Shown here in pieces: positions 51,440-64,000 of a stretch of DNA of 64,000 nt. The DNA is from an uncultured Actinomycetes bacterium (GTDB taxonomy: Bacteria > Actinomycetota > UBA4738 > HRBIN12), in NCBI GenBank assembly GCA_963714865.1, contig CAVQPR010000001.1, forward strand, positions 402,474 through 466,473, given 5' to 3'. The stretch's first letter is position 1. Every line of letters starts with the position of its first letter. Under the pieces are notes generated by a model. The model searched no databases. It had not been told where the DNA came from and saw only the letters and a list, made by a program, of their open reading frames with translations. A program made the translations under genes and the position numbers.

Positions 51440-51887
51440 TCAGCCGTTCGAACCCTTGGCGGATCCACCCGGCTGCTTCGCTGCGGCCCGCTTCTTTGCA
51501 GAGGACTTCTTGGCCACGGACTTCTTTGCCGTCGGCTTCTTCGCGGCAGCCTTCTTCGCGGTGGGCTTCGGCCTCGCTGCCGTTCCACCCGAGGCGGTCA
51601 TCCCCGCCTCCCGCTCCAGCGTCCGGACCCGCTTCTTGAGGGCGTCGAGCTCGCTATGGGTGGCCACGCCGACGTTGTTCATCTGCTCGGCGATCTCGCG
51701 ATCGTACGAACTCCCGGATACGGGCACGGTTGTTCTGCGACCACTCGAGCATGTCGGCCGCCGTCTTGGCCACCTGCTCCTTGGCGGCGCCCGGCTCCAT
51801 CATCTGGCGAGCGAGCTCTCTGGCCCGATCGGGCGTGAGTTGTCCGAACGTAGCCTCGATGGCCTTACGAACGTCGTCGAACTGCAT
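51440..51887 (-). CDS. hypothetical Lys/Ala-rich protein, frameshifted near 51700
   Basis: MQFDDVRKAIEATFGQLTPDRARELARQMMEP... continues in the frame of ORF 51440..51727 (...SSYDREIAEQMNNVGVATHSELDALKKRVRTLEREAG...KKAAAKK). Confidence 0.45.
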
Positions 51888-51950
51888 CGTGCGGCATCCT
51901 TTCGTGCGGTCCGCTCCCAGCATACTCGCCGGTCCGGGCCCGCCGCGGGC

Positions 51951-52734
51951 TCACGAGTCGGGGTCGACGAGCAGGGACAGGTCGTCCCAGACGTAGCTGG
52001 GAGCGAAGGGCATCCGAGCGATGTCGGCACGCGAGGAGATGCCCGTTAGCACCAGGAACGAGGCCCAGCCGAGCGCGACGGCCCCCGCGATGTCGGTGTC
52101 GAGGCGATCGCCAACCACGAGGGGATCCCCGCCGCCGGCCCGGGCCAGCGCGAACTCGAACAACGAGGGACTCGGCTTGCCGACGACCTCGGCCCGGACC
52201 CCCGTCGTCGTCTCCACCACGGCGACCAACGCCCCCGTTCCCGGCCATCGCTCCCCGTCGTGTGAGGGGAAGGACGAGTCGGGGTTCGTCGCGATCAGGG
52301 GAACGCCGGCCTGCACGAGCAGGCTGGCCCGCCGCAGCTGGGCGTAGTCGCACCTCGGGGTCGAACCCGATCACGACCGCGTCCGCCTCGGAGGGTTCCC
52401 CCTCCAGAACGCGTATCCCCGCGTCGGCGAGCGCTACGCGGACCCCGGCACCGCCGATCGCGAACACCCGCTCGACCTCACGGGCGGCTAGCAGTTCGGC
52501 GGTCGCCACGCCCGAGGTGACGACCTCGGCGGGATCGGCCGTCACTCCCACGGACACGAGCTTGGCTGCCACCTGGGCCGGGGTGCGGAGTGAGCTGTTC
52601 GTCACGAAGACGACGCGCTTCGACATGTTCCGTAGCGCCGCCAGCACGTCCACGGCTCCGGGGATCGCGCGATCTCCCCGATACACCACACCGTCGAGGT
52701 CGAACAGGAACGCATCGAATCGCTCGGCAATCAT
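51951..52734 (-). CDS. HAD-superfamily hydrolase (NagD-like), frameshifted near 52335
   Basis: Motif I (FLFDLDGVVY) in the N-terminal frame. Motifs III/IV (GKPSP...GDRLDTD) in the C-terminal frame. A single missing nucleotide between GAGGTGC and GACTAC would restore the frame. Confidence 0.6.
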
Positions 52735-52828
52735 CGCGACTCCCGGCGAGAGCCGTCGAGCGGGCTCGAGTGGGCCGCACCCGACGGCGCCGACGTCCGT
52801 CTCGGGGTCCGGCTGCTATACAAGGGGC

Positions 52829-53995
52829 ATGCCTCGAGTCTCCCCGTTCCGTGGCCTGCGATACGACACCGAAGTTGCGGGGCCGCTCCTTCGTGTGACG
52901 GCGCCGCCGTACGACGTTATCAGCGAGGCCGGCCGGCGGGACTACCTGGACGCCAACGGATTCAGCGTGGTGCACCTGGACCTCGCCGAAGGCGACCAGG
53001 ACGCCGATCGGCCCGACAGCCGCTATCGGCGCGCCGCGCGCCTGCTCGACCGGTGGGAAGCCAGGGGCGTGGTCGTCCGCGATCCGGAGCCGGGCTACTA
53101 CGCCTACGAGATGGCGCCGCCGCCCGACACCGGCATCCCTGTGATCCGCGGGGTGTTCGCCGCGATGACCCTCGAACCGTGGGGAGGCAGCGGTGCTCCC
53201 GCACGAGCACACCATGGCGGGGCCGGTCCGCGACCGTCTGGAGCTCCTCAAGGCCACCGACACCCATCTGTCGGCCGTCTACGGGACCGTGGCGGGTCCC
53301 TGCCCCGGGCTCGCCGACGCGCTGGGTCGAGTGCGGAGCGACGAGCCCGCCGCCGAAGTCATCGACGGGCAGGGGTTCGGCATCGCCTCTGGCTGCTCGG
53401 AGACGATCCGGCGATCGCGCGTTCCCTCGCGAGCGAGCAACTGCTCATCGCCGACGGGCACCATCGCTACACGACCTCCCTCGAGTTTCGGAACCTCCGA
53501 CATGCTGCCGAGGGATCGGGCGCCTGGGACCGCGTTCTCACCTTCATCGTCGATGCGTCCGCCTCGTCTCTGAGCGTGCTGCCGTTCCACCGCATCCAGC
53601 TAGCGGGCGCCTCGCCCAACGGAGGCGCCGAGGCCGGGGGATTGGAGTCGCTCCTTGCGGCCTTGTCTGACGACGCAACGGTGGTCGGCAGCGCCCACGC
53701 GGACGGAGACGGGTCGATCGCGTACCGGATCCATCGCCTTGACGGTCCGCCTCCCGTGGTTCGGGCCCTCCACGAGGAGATCCTGGGCGACGACGAGCTG
53801 CGCTTCGTCGCCGACGCGGCAGCGGCCGACGCCTCGGTGCGATCGGGAGAGGCCGTCGCCGCATGGTTCCTGCCTCCGACGACGCCCGAGCGGATCCGAT
53901 CGGTGGCGCAGGCCGGCGAACGTCTGCCCCAGAAGTCGACCTACTTCTGGCCGAAACCGCGCACCGGCATGGTGATGATGCCGGTTCGCGACTGA
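52829..53995 (+). CDS. DUF1015 family protein, with compensating frameshifts near 53190 and near 53390
   Basis: The DUF1015 N-terminus (FRGLRYDTEVAGPLLRVTAPPYDVI) and C-terminus are in one frame. The middle (LPHEHTMAGPVRDRLELLKATDTHLSAVYG) is in another. Confidence 0.65.
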   Translation: MPRVSPFRGLRYDTEVAGPLLRVTAPPYDVISEAGRRDYLDANGFSVVHLDLAEGDQDADRPDSRYRRAARLLDRWEARGVVVRDPEPGYYAYEMAPPPDTGIPVIRGVFAAMTLEPWGGSGAPARAHHGGAGPRPSGAPQGHRHPSVGRLRDRGGSLPRARRRAGSSAERRARRRSHRRAGVRHRLWLLGDDPAIARSLASEQLLIADGHHRYTTSLEFRNLRHAAEGSGAWDRVLTFIVDASASSLSVLPFHRIQLAGASPNGGAEAGGLESLLAALSDDATVVGSAHADGDGSIAYRIHRLDGPPPVVRALHEEILGDDELRFVADAAAADASVRSGEAVAAWFLPPTTPERIRSVAQAGERLPQKSTYFWPKPRTGMVMMPVRD

Positions 53996-54332
53996 GGTTC
54001 GACTACCCCGATACTGACTCGTCGACGGGCTCGAGGCGTCTTGATGCCGGTGGCGACCACCTCGGTCAGGCTGCGAGCGCCCGCCCCACTGCGATAGAAG
54101 CGGCGGACGAGCTGCCCGTGAACGAGGACCTGATCGCCCTTGGCGAGTTTCGTCCAGCGTCGTGGTCCCCGACCGTGACGTGCCACGCCGCGACGGGCAG
54201 CGGCAGCAGCCGACGCCCCTGCTCGGGAACCGATACGCGCAACTCGGTCACCTCGTCGCCCGACGGCATCGACCGGCGGACCGGCTCGGTCGCGATGGTG
54301 CCTGCGAGCACCACGACGTTGACGGTGACCAT
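53941..54332 (-). CDS. SSB-like OB-fold protein, frameshifted near 54200
   Basis: MVTVNVVVLAGTIATEPVRRSMPSGDEVTELRVSV...VAAWH in one frame, then ...LAKGDQVLVHGQLVRRFYRSG..RSLTEVVA in another. No acidic tail. Confidence 0.5.
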
Positions 54333-54405
54333 CTGCACACCCCCTTGGGGGAGGAAACGCCCAACGTACCGGACGGGGGTGACACGCCCTGCCACACTGG
54401 CGGAC

Positions 54406-55392
54406 ATGACAAGCGGCACTGGTCGGCCCGCCCCTCGCTTCGATCGGGTTGCCGAGGGAGTACTCCTCCTCGACACCCACATGACCGGAGAGCTCGAATT
54501 CAACGCCGTATACCTTCTGGAAGGGGACGAGCCCGCCCTGATCGAGACCGGTCCCGCAGCCGACACGGCCGTCGTGCTCGAGGCGCTCTCGGCGATCGGG
54601 CTTGATGGCCCGGACCTCGCCCACGTGTCGTCACCCACGTCCACCTCGATCACGCCGGCGGCGCCGGCGGCCTCGCTGACGCCTATCCTCGGCGCCACGG
54701 TCTGGGCAAGCGAACGTGGAGCTCCCCACCTCGCGGACCCGACCCGGCTCGATCGCCTCGCACGGCGCGGACCTACGGCGAGGAACGCATGCGCGCGCTG
54801 TTCGGCGTGACTCAGGCCGTGGCCTGCCGACCGCCTCGAGCCGACTCGCCGGACGGTTCCGACGATCCACCTCGGTTCGCGGTCGGTCAGCGTCATCGCA
54901 CACGCCGGGCCACGCCTCGCACCACGTGGCGCTTCCTCGACTCCGGCACCGGCGTCGTCTTCACCGGGGAGGCGATCGGTTCCTACCTCCCGTGGGTCCG
55001 GCGTCTATCGGCCCGCTCTGCCCCCGCCCGAGGTCGACGTCGAGGCCGCGCTGGCGAGCATCGAGCGATCGACGCCATCGGCGGCCACCGCCCTCATGAC
55101 GTCGCACTTCGGCCCGGTCGCCCGACCCGCGAGGAGGGGTGCGACACGGCGGCCGAGCGCATCCGCGCCTGGAGCGAGACGGTCCGCCGGATCGCTCGAC
55201 GAGGACCTCACGACCGCCGTCGACGTCGTCACGCGCGCCCTGCGTGATCAGGCGGCGCGGGAGTTCGAGCCGCGAGACGCGGGCGGGCCCATCGACATGG
55301 ACCGCTACGACGCGATCGGCTCGATCGAGATGAACGCGCAGGGGCTTGCGCGGTACTGGCGGAAGCGACGGGAGGCTGAGGCCGCCGCTAGC
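54406..55392 (+). pseudogene. MBL-fold metallo-hydrolase with multiple frameshifts
   Basis: AVYLLEGDEPALIETG...HVHLDHAGGAGG-like segments and the C-terminal part are scattered over at least four frames (track ORFs 53863.., 54716.., 54789.., 55096..). Confidence 0.5.
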
Positions 55393-56080
55393 CGAGCTCG
55401 GCGAGGCGTTCGGCGACGTCGAACGCCGCCGCGTCGTGGCGCATGATCTTGCGGAACTCCGCGGCAGCCTCTTCTCGCCGTCCGGCCCTCGCCAGGATGT
55501 CGCCCCGCACGTACCACAGCCGCAGCGTGTAGGCCTCCGCCACGTCCGCGCTGGTCCTCGCGCGACCCAGGAAGGCGAGCGCCTCGGCGAACCGACCCTG
55601 ATCCGCGAGGGCCGACGCGGCCACGATCACGGCCTCGGCCTTCGCCTCGTTGGGGACCTTCGCGCGCAGCTCCTCCTCGGCCAGCGGCACCGCTTCCCTC
55701 GGCCGGCCGAGCGCCCGCAGGCAGTCGGCGATGACGTGGTTCTGGTCGGCGCGCCCGCTGAATCGCCGGTAGGCCTTGAGCTCCGACGAGCGCCTCCTGC
55801 CACCGCTCCTGGCCGTAGAGCGCCAGTCCCGAGCACCTCGCGGACCGACGCCGACCGCGGCGACAACTGCTTCGCCTTCGTGGCCTCCGCGACCGCGGCT
55901 CCCGGAGTCGTCGCGGTCGAGCAGCTCGATCGCGCGCGACAGCCGCGACGAGCGCGTCGCGGACCTGCGGTGGGCTTCGTCGTCCGCTGCACCTCGTCCG
56001 GCCACGTCGCGCGGCAGGCCGGAGCGGAGCCGGCGACGGCCGACGTTGCCGCCGGGACGAGGTGCAAGTGACTTCGGCAT
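55388..56080 (-). CDS. TPR-repeat protein
   Basis: AGGAG RBS. Basic N-terminus, then TPR-like helices (EAYTLRLWYVRGDILARAGRREEAAAEFRKIM). Confidence 0.6.
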   Translation of the reverse strand: MPKSLAPRPGGNVGRRRLRSGLPRDVAGRGAADDEAHRRSATRSSRLSRAIELLDRDDSGSRGRGGHEGEAVVAAVGVGPRGARDWRSTARSGGRRRSSELKAYRRFSGRADQNHVIADCLRALGRPREAVPLAEEELRAKVPNEAKAEAVIVAASALADQGRFAEALAFLGRARTSADVAEAYTLRLWYVRGDILARAGRREEAAAEFRKIMRHDAAAFDVAERLAELG

Positions 56081-56111
56081 CGAAGGCTCCTAGGCGTACG
56101 GCGAGGCGGAG

Positions 56112-56142
56112 ACGGAACGGGCCGCCCCGAAGGCGGCCCGTT
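56112..56142 (-). terminator. GC-rich hairpin downstream of the 5S rRNA (11-bp perfect stem, CCGAA loop)
   Basis: AACGGGCCGCC-ccgaa-GGCGGCCCGTT. No U-tract follows it, so it may be a processing hairpin or a factor-dependent terminator. Confidence 0.5.
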
Positions 56143-56147
56143 CCGAA

Positions 56148-56274
56148 CGATGTCCCGGCAGCGACCTACTCTCCCACCCAGTCGCCCGGGCAGTACCATC
56201 GGCGCTGGAGGGCTTAACTTCCGGGTTCGGGATGGGACCGGGTGTTTCCCCTCCGCTATGGCCACCGAAACGGT
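56148..56274 (-). rRNA. rrf: 5S ribosomal RNA
   Basis: Reverse-complement matches the 5S consensus (GGCCATAGCGGAGGGGAAACACCCGGTCCCATCCCGAACCCGGAAGTTAAGCCCTCCAGCGCCGATGGTACTG...). Ends approximate. Confidence 0.85.
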
Positions 56275-56357
56275 GGTTCTCCGGATCGAGATCCGAGACG
56301 GATATGAGGGTGCGTCCCTCGAGCAGAGCTCGAAGAACTGCGATAGCGAGCGCGAGC

Positions 56358-59462
<3,105 letters not shown>

Positions 59463-59710
59463 GTAGATGCTCGCGCTCGCTATCGAGTTCTCAAGGTGCT
59501 CGAGGATTCGCACCCTCAAAGCTGAACAGTGTGCCCGCCGAGCTCAACGTATCCGCCCGATCGCGTTCCTCTCCCCACGTGTGCGGGGCGTACTAACGGG
59601 TGGGAGGTTGCCGGTCATCACCGACGGGGGCCAGTGCTATCGACCTGGAGTCTTCCGGGGTGCAGCGACACGGATCGGTCGTCCGAACGTGCACCGGTAT
59701 GCCAAAGGCT

Positions 59711-61235
<1,525 letters not shown>

Positions 61236-61579
61236 AGAAATGAGATCCCCTCGCCACGAGGGCGCGGGGTTCGTTTCCGTTGTTGAGAGTCGGCCGACCA
61301 CCGACAGGCACTGCCTGCGGCCGGCCATCGCTCGCCCGATGAAGCTCCCGCGAACGGGGGCTCCACCGAACTTGGTTCCGTCCGACGCGGGCACGGCGAA
61401 CCGCCCCCACGCATGACGGGGTAAAGCACTGGCTGTTACACACTGTTCAGTTCTCAAGGTGCGAGAAGTCGGGGCGACGCCGAGCAGGGAGACCCCCACG
61501 CGGAGGCCGCGCCGACTGCCCATGCTAGCAGCGCCACAGGCAGCGTCAACCCGAGCGTTCGCCCTCCGGGACAGATCGT

Positions 61580-62782
61580 TCACGCCAGCCGGACGAACCT
61601 TCGCCGGCCCAGCTGAAGAACCTTGCCCCGCAGTTCGTCGGCCGGCCACTCCGCGTCGGGATCGGAGAGGGGGCGATCGTCCAGCCGAACGCCTCCCCCC
61701 TGCACCGCCCGACGCGCCTCCGCGTTCGAGGTCGCGAGACCGGTCTCGACGAGCAGCCGCGGGAGCCAGACCAAGCCATCTCGCGCGGCGCCGTCAACCG
61801 GGGCGTCGGCGATCCCGTCGGGGACCAGATGCTCGCGGTGGACGCGGTCGAAGCGTTCCTCGGCGTCTCGACCCGCCCCTTCGCCTGCGTACATGTCGAC
61901 GATGGTCCGCGCCATGTGCCGCTTCTGCTCGCCCGCGTGCAGCGACCCGTCCGACAGACCCTGTTCGATCTCGTCGATCTCGGTCGCGTCGAGCGACGAG
62001 CACAGGCGCAGGTAGCGCACGATCAGCTCGTCGGGGATCGACATCAGCTTGCCGAACTGCTCGTCGGCCGGCTCGGTGATGGCCACGAAGTTGTCGAGCG
62101 ACTTCGACATCTTGCGCACCCCATCGGTGCCTTCGAGTAGCGGCATGGTGACCACGACCTGGGGATCCATCCCGTAGGCGCGCTGCACCTCTCTCCCCAT
62201 GAGAAGGTTGAAGGTCTGATCGGTGCCGCCGAGCTCCACGTCGGCGTCGACGGCCACGGAGTCGTAGCCCTGGAAGAGCGGATACAGCAGCTCCACGATG
62301 CTGATCGGCGTGCCGGCCCGGTATCGATGCTGGAAGTCGTCGCGCTCGAGCATCCGGGCGACCGTGGTCGTTGACGCCAACTCGAGCAGGCCCCCCATGC
62401 TCATCGGCGTGCTCCACTCGGCGTTTCCGCGGAGCTCGGCACGCTCGACGTCGATCACCTTTCCCGCCTGATCGAGGTACGTCCGGGAGTTCCCTGCGAC
62501 CTCTTCCTCGCTGAGCATGGGCCGCGTGTCGGAACGGCCCGAAGGGTCTCCGATCCTGGCGGTGAAGTCGCCGATGATCAGCACCGCGACGTGGCCGGCA
62601 TCCTGGAACTGGCGGAGCTTGCGCAGGACCACCGTGTGACCGAGGGTGAGGTCGGGGCGGCTGGGATCGACGCCCAGTTTGACCCTGAGCGGGCGTCCCA
62701 GCGCCAGCTTGCTCTCGAGGCCGCCGTCGGGCACGACCTCGACCGTGCCGGAGGCGAGGATGCCTGCCGCGTCCCGCTCCAT
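61580..62782 (-). CDS. tyrS: tyrosyl-tRNA synthetase
   Basis: HIGH-class motifs (GLHIGHLV-like, KMSKS) and a C-terminal S4 domain. Confidence 0.9.
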   Translation of the reverse strand: MERDAAGILASGTVEVVPDGGLESKLALGRPLRVKLGVDPSRPDLTLGHTVVLRKLRQFQDAGHVAVLIIGDFTARIGDPSGRSDTRPMLSEEEVAGNSRTYLDQAGKVIDVERAELRGNAEWSTPMSMGGLLELASTTTVARMLERDDFQHRYRAGTPISIVELLYPLFQGYDSVAVDADVELGGTDQTFNLLMGREVQRAYGMDPQVVVTMPLLEGTDGVRKMSKSLDNFVAITEPADEQFGKLMSIPDELIVRYLRLCSSLDATEIDEIEQGLSDGSLHAGEQKRHMARTIVDMYAGEGAGRDAEERFDRVHREHLVPDGIADAPVDGAARDGLVWLPRLLVETGLATSNAEARRAVQGGGVRLDDRPLSDPDAEWPADELRGKVLQLGRRRFVRLA

Positions 62783-62844
62783 CGGGCGGATGCTATCAGC
62801 GAACCTCCCGAACCCGGGGTGGGGCGAGGGTATGCTCGGCGCGA

Positions 62845-64000
62845 ATGAACCGCCGGGCTCTTCCCCTGCTCGCCGGCCTGTCCGCGGTGGTCATCCTCGT
62901 GGGCGCATGTGGTCTGCCCAAGCTCGAGGACTATCGGGCACTTCCCCTGGCCCAGACCTCGTTCCTCTACGCGAAGGACGGCTCGCTCATCACGGCGCTC
63001 CATGCGGCCGAGGACCGCGTCGTGCTCAGCCGCAGAGACATCCCCTCGAGCCTGCGAGACGCCGTCGTCGCGATCGAAGACCGACGGTTCTGGTTCCATC
63101 ACGGGGTCGATCTGCGGGCCATCGCTCGAGCCGCCGTGGTCAACGCCGAGGCCGGCGAGGTCGTGGAGGGCGGATCGACCATCACCCAGCAGCTCGTGAA
63201 GAACCTCTACGTGGGCGGCGAGGAGAGCCTCGACCGCAAGATCGACGAGGCGGCGCTCGCGTGGCAACTCGAGGATCGGCTGGGCAAGGACCGGATCCTC
63301 ACCAGGTACCTCAACACGGTGTACTTCGGCGAAGGCGCGTACGGGGCGCAGGCAGCCGCACAGACCTACTTCGACGTCGACGCCAAAGACCTCACGATGG
63401 GGCAGTCCGCCCTGCTCGCCGGACTGATCACGTCGCCGAACCATTTCGATCCGTACACGAGCCGGCGGTCGGCGCGCGGGCGACGCAACGTCGTCCTTCG
63501 GCTGATGCTGCGCCAAGACATGATCGCGAGGACCGACTATCGCGCGGCTCGCCACGAACGCATCCTCCTGCGGCGAGGCCAGGTCGAGCAACGCTATCCC
63601 TACCCCTACTTCGTCGACTACTTCAAGGAGTGGTTCCTGTCCAACCCGGCGTTCGGGGACACCCGTGAGGAGCGCTATCGGTTGCTGTTCACCGGCGGCC
63701 TGCGGATCCGAACCACGCTGGACCCGTCCCTGCAACGGTACGCGCAGACGGCCGTGCGGTCCGTGTTGTCCTACCCCGCAGATCCGGCCGGGGCCATGAC
63801 CGTGATCGACCCGCGGACCGGACACGTCCGGGCGATGGTCGGGGGCGCCGATGCGGACTACTGGCGTGACGCCGAGGCCGGGCGAGTCAACCTGGCGACG
63901 GGCCGAGGAGGCACCGGCCGGCAGTCGGGTTCGTCGTTCAAGCCGTTCGCGCTGGTCGCCGCGCTCGAGAGCGGCATATCCCCCAGCGCGGTCTTCCCCG
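62845..64000 (+). CDS. penicillin-binding protein 1A-type (glycosyltransferase plus transpeptidase), N-terminal part. The gene continues past the window end.
   Basis: Lipoprotein-like signal (LVGAC). GT51 motifs (EDRRFWFHHGVD, GGSTITQQL). Transpeptidase SxxK (SSFKP). Open frame to the window edge. Absent from the ORF track because no stop falls inside the window. Confidence 0.85.
   Translation, partial: MNRRALPLLAGLSAVVILVGACGLPKLEDYRALPLAQTSFLYAKDGSLITALHAAEDRVVLSRRDIPSSLRDAVVAIEDRRFWFHHGVDLRAIARAAVVNAEAGEVVEGGSTITQQLVKNLYVGGEESLDRKIDEAALAWQLEDRLGKDRILTRYLNTVYFGEGAYGAQAAAQTYFDVDAKDLTMGQSALLAGLITSPNHFDPYTSRRSARGRRNVVLRLMLRQDMIARTDYRAARHERILLRRGQVEQRYPYPYFVDYFKEWFLSNPAFGDTREERYRLLFTGGLRIRTTLDPSLQRYAQTAVRSVLSYPADPAGAMTVIDPRTGHVRAMVGGADADYWRDAEAGRVNLATGRGGTGRQSGSSFKPFALVAALESGISPSAVFP

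Overview
This window is a high-GC (about 70%) actinobacterial chromosome segment. Its gene order matches two Mycobacterium-type conserved neighbourhoods, named below by their M. tuberculosis equivalents (Rv numbers). Left block (1-16 kb): an Lrp regulator, a small reverse-transcriptase-like ORF translationally coupled to an amidohydrolase, DUF4193, an Lnt-Ppm1 fusion, carbonic anhydrase, and the glycine-cleavage cluster (gcvPB, gcvPA, a MerR regulator, a DUF151 nuclease, hpt, DacB, a second MerR-like regulator, an FHA protein, gcvH, pgsA) ending at a tRNA-Pro(GGG) gene. Right block (32-64 kb, mostly minus strand): der, cmk, aroA, tyrA, chorismate mutase, rluB, scpB, scpA, trpS, an M50-family protein, deoA, deoB, a dksA-type zinc finger, xerD, ald, NUDIX, pyrG, recN, ppnK, tlyA, a HAD hydrolase, DUF1015, an SSB-like protein, an MBL hydrolase, a TPR protein, a 16S-23S-5S rRNA operon, tyrS and the start of a PBP1A gene. 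Between the two blocks (about 15996-32010) sits an integrated element of about 16 kb. It is bounded by a 42-nt direct repeat equal to the 5' half of the tRNA-Pro gene. It encodes a tyrosine integrase, an excisionase-like HTH protein, a P4-family primase, a repeat-rich noncoding module bounded by inverted repeats, and cargo genes (secreted beta-propeller/RTX-like repeat proteins, a family-4 uracil-DNA glycosylase, a lipoprotein, zinc-ribbon proteins). Many genes, including the essential pyrG and recN, are broken by 1-nt frameshifts, several at homopolymer runs and some as compensating pairs. I read these as assembly indel errors, not true pseudogenes. Starts I placed by line indexing rather than by codon counting from a track ORF boundary are approximate to a few nucleotides. 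No CRISPR array was found.
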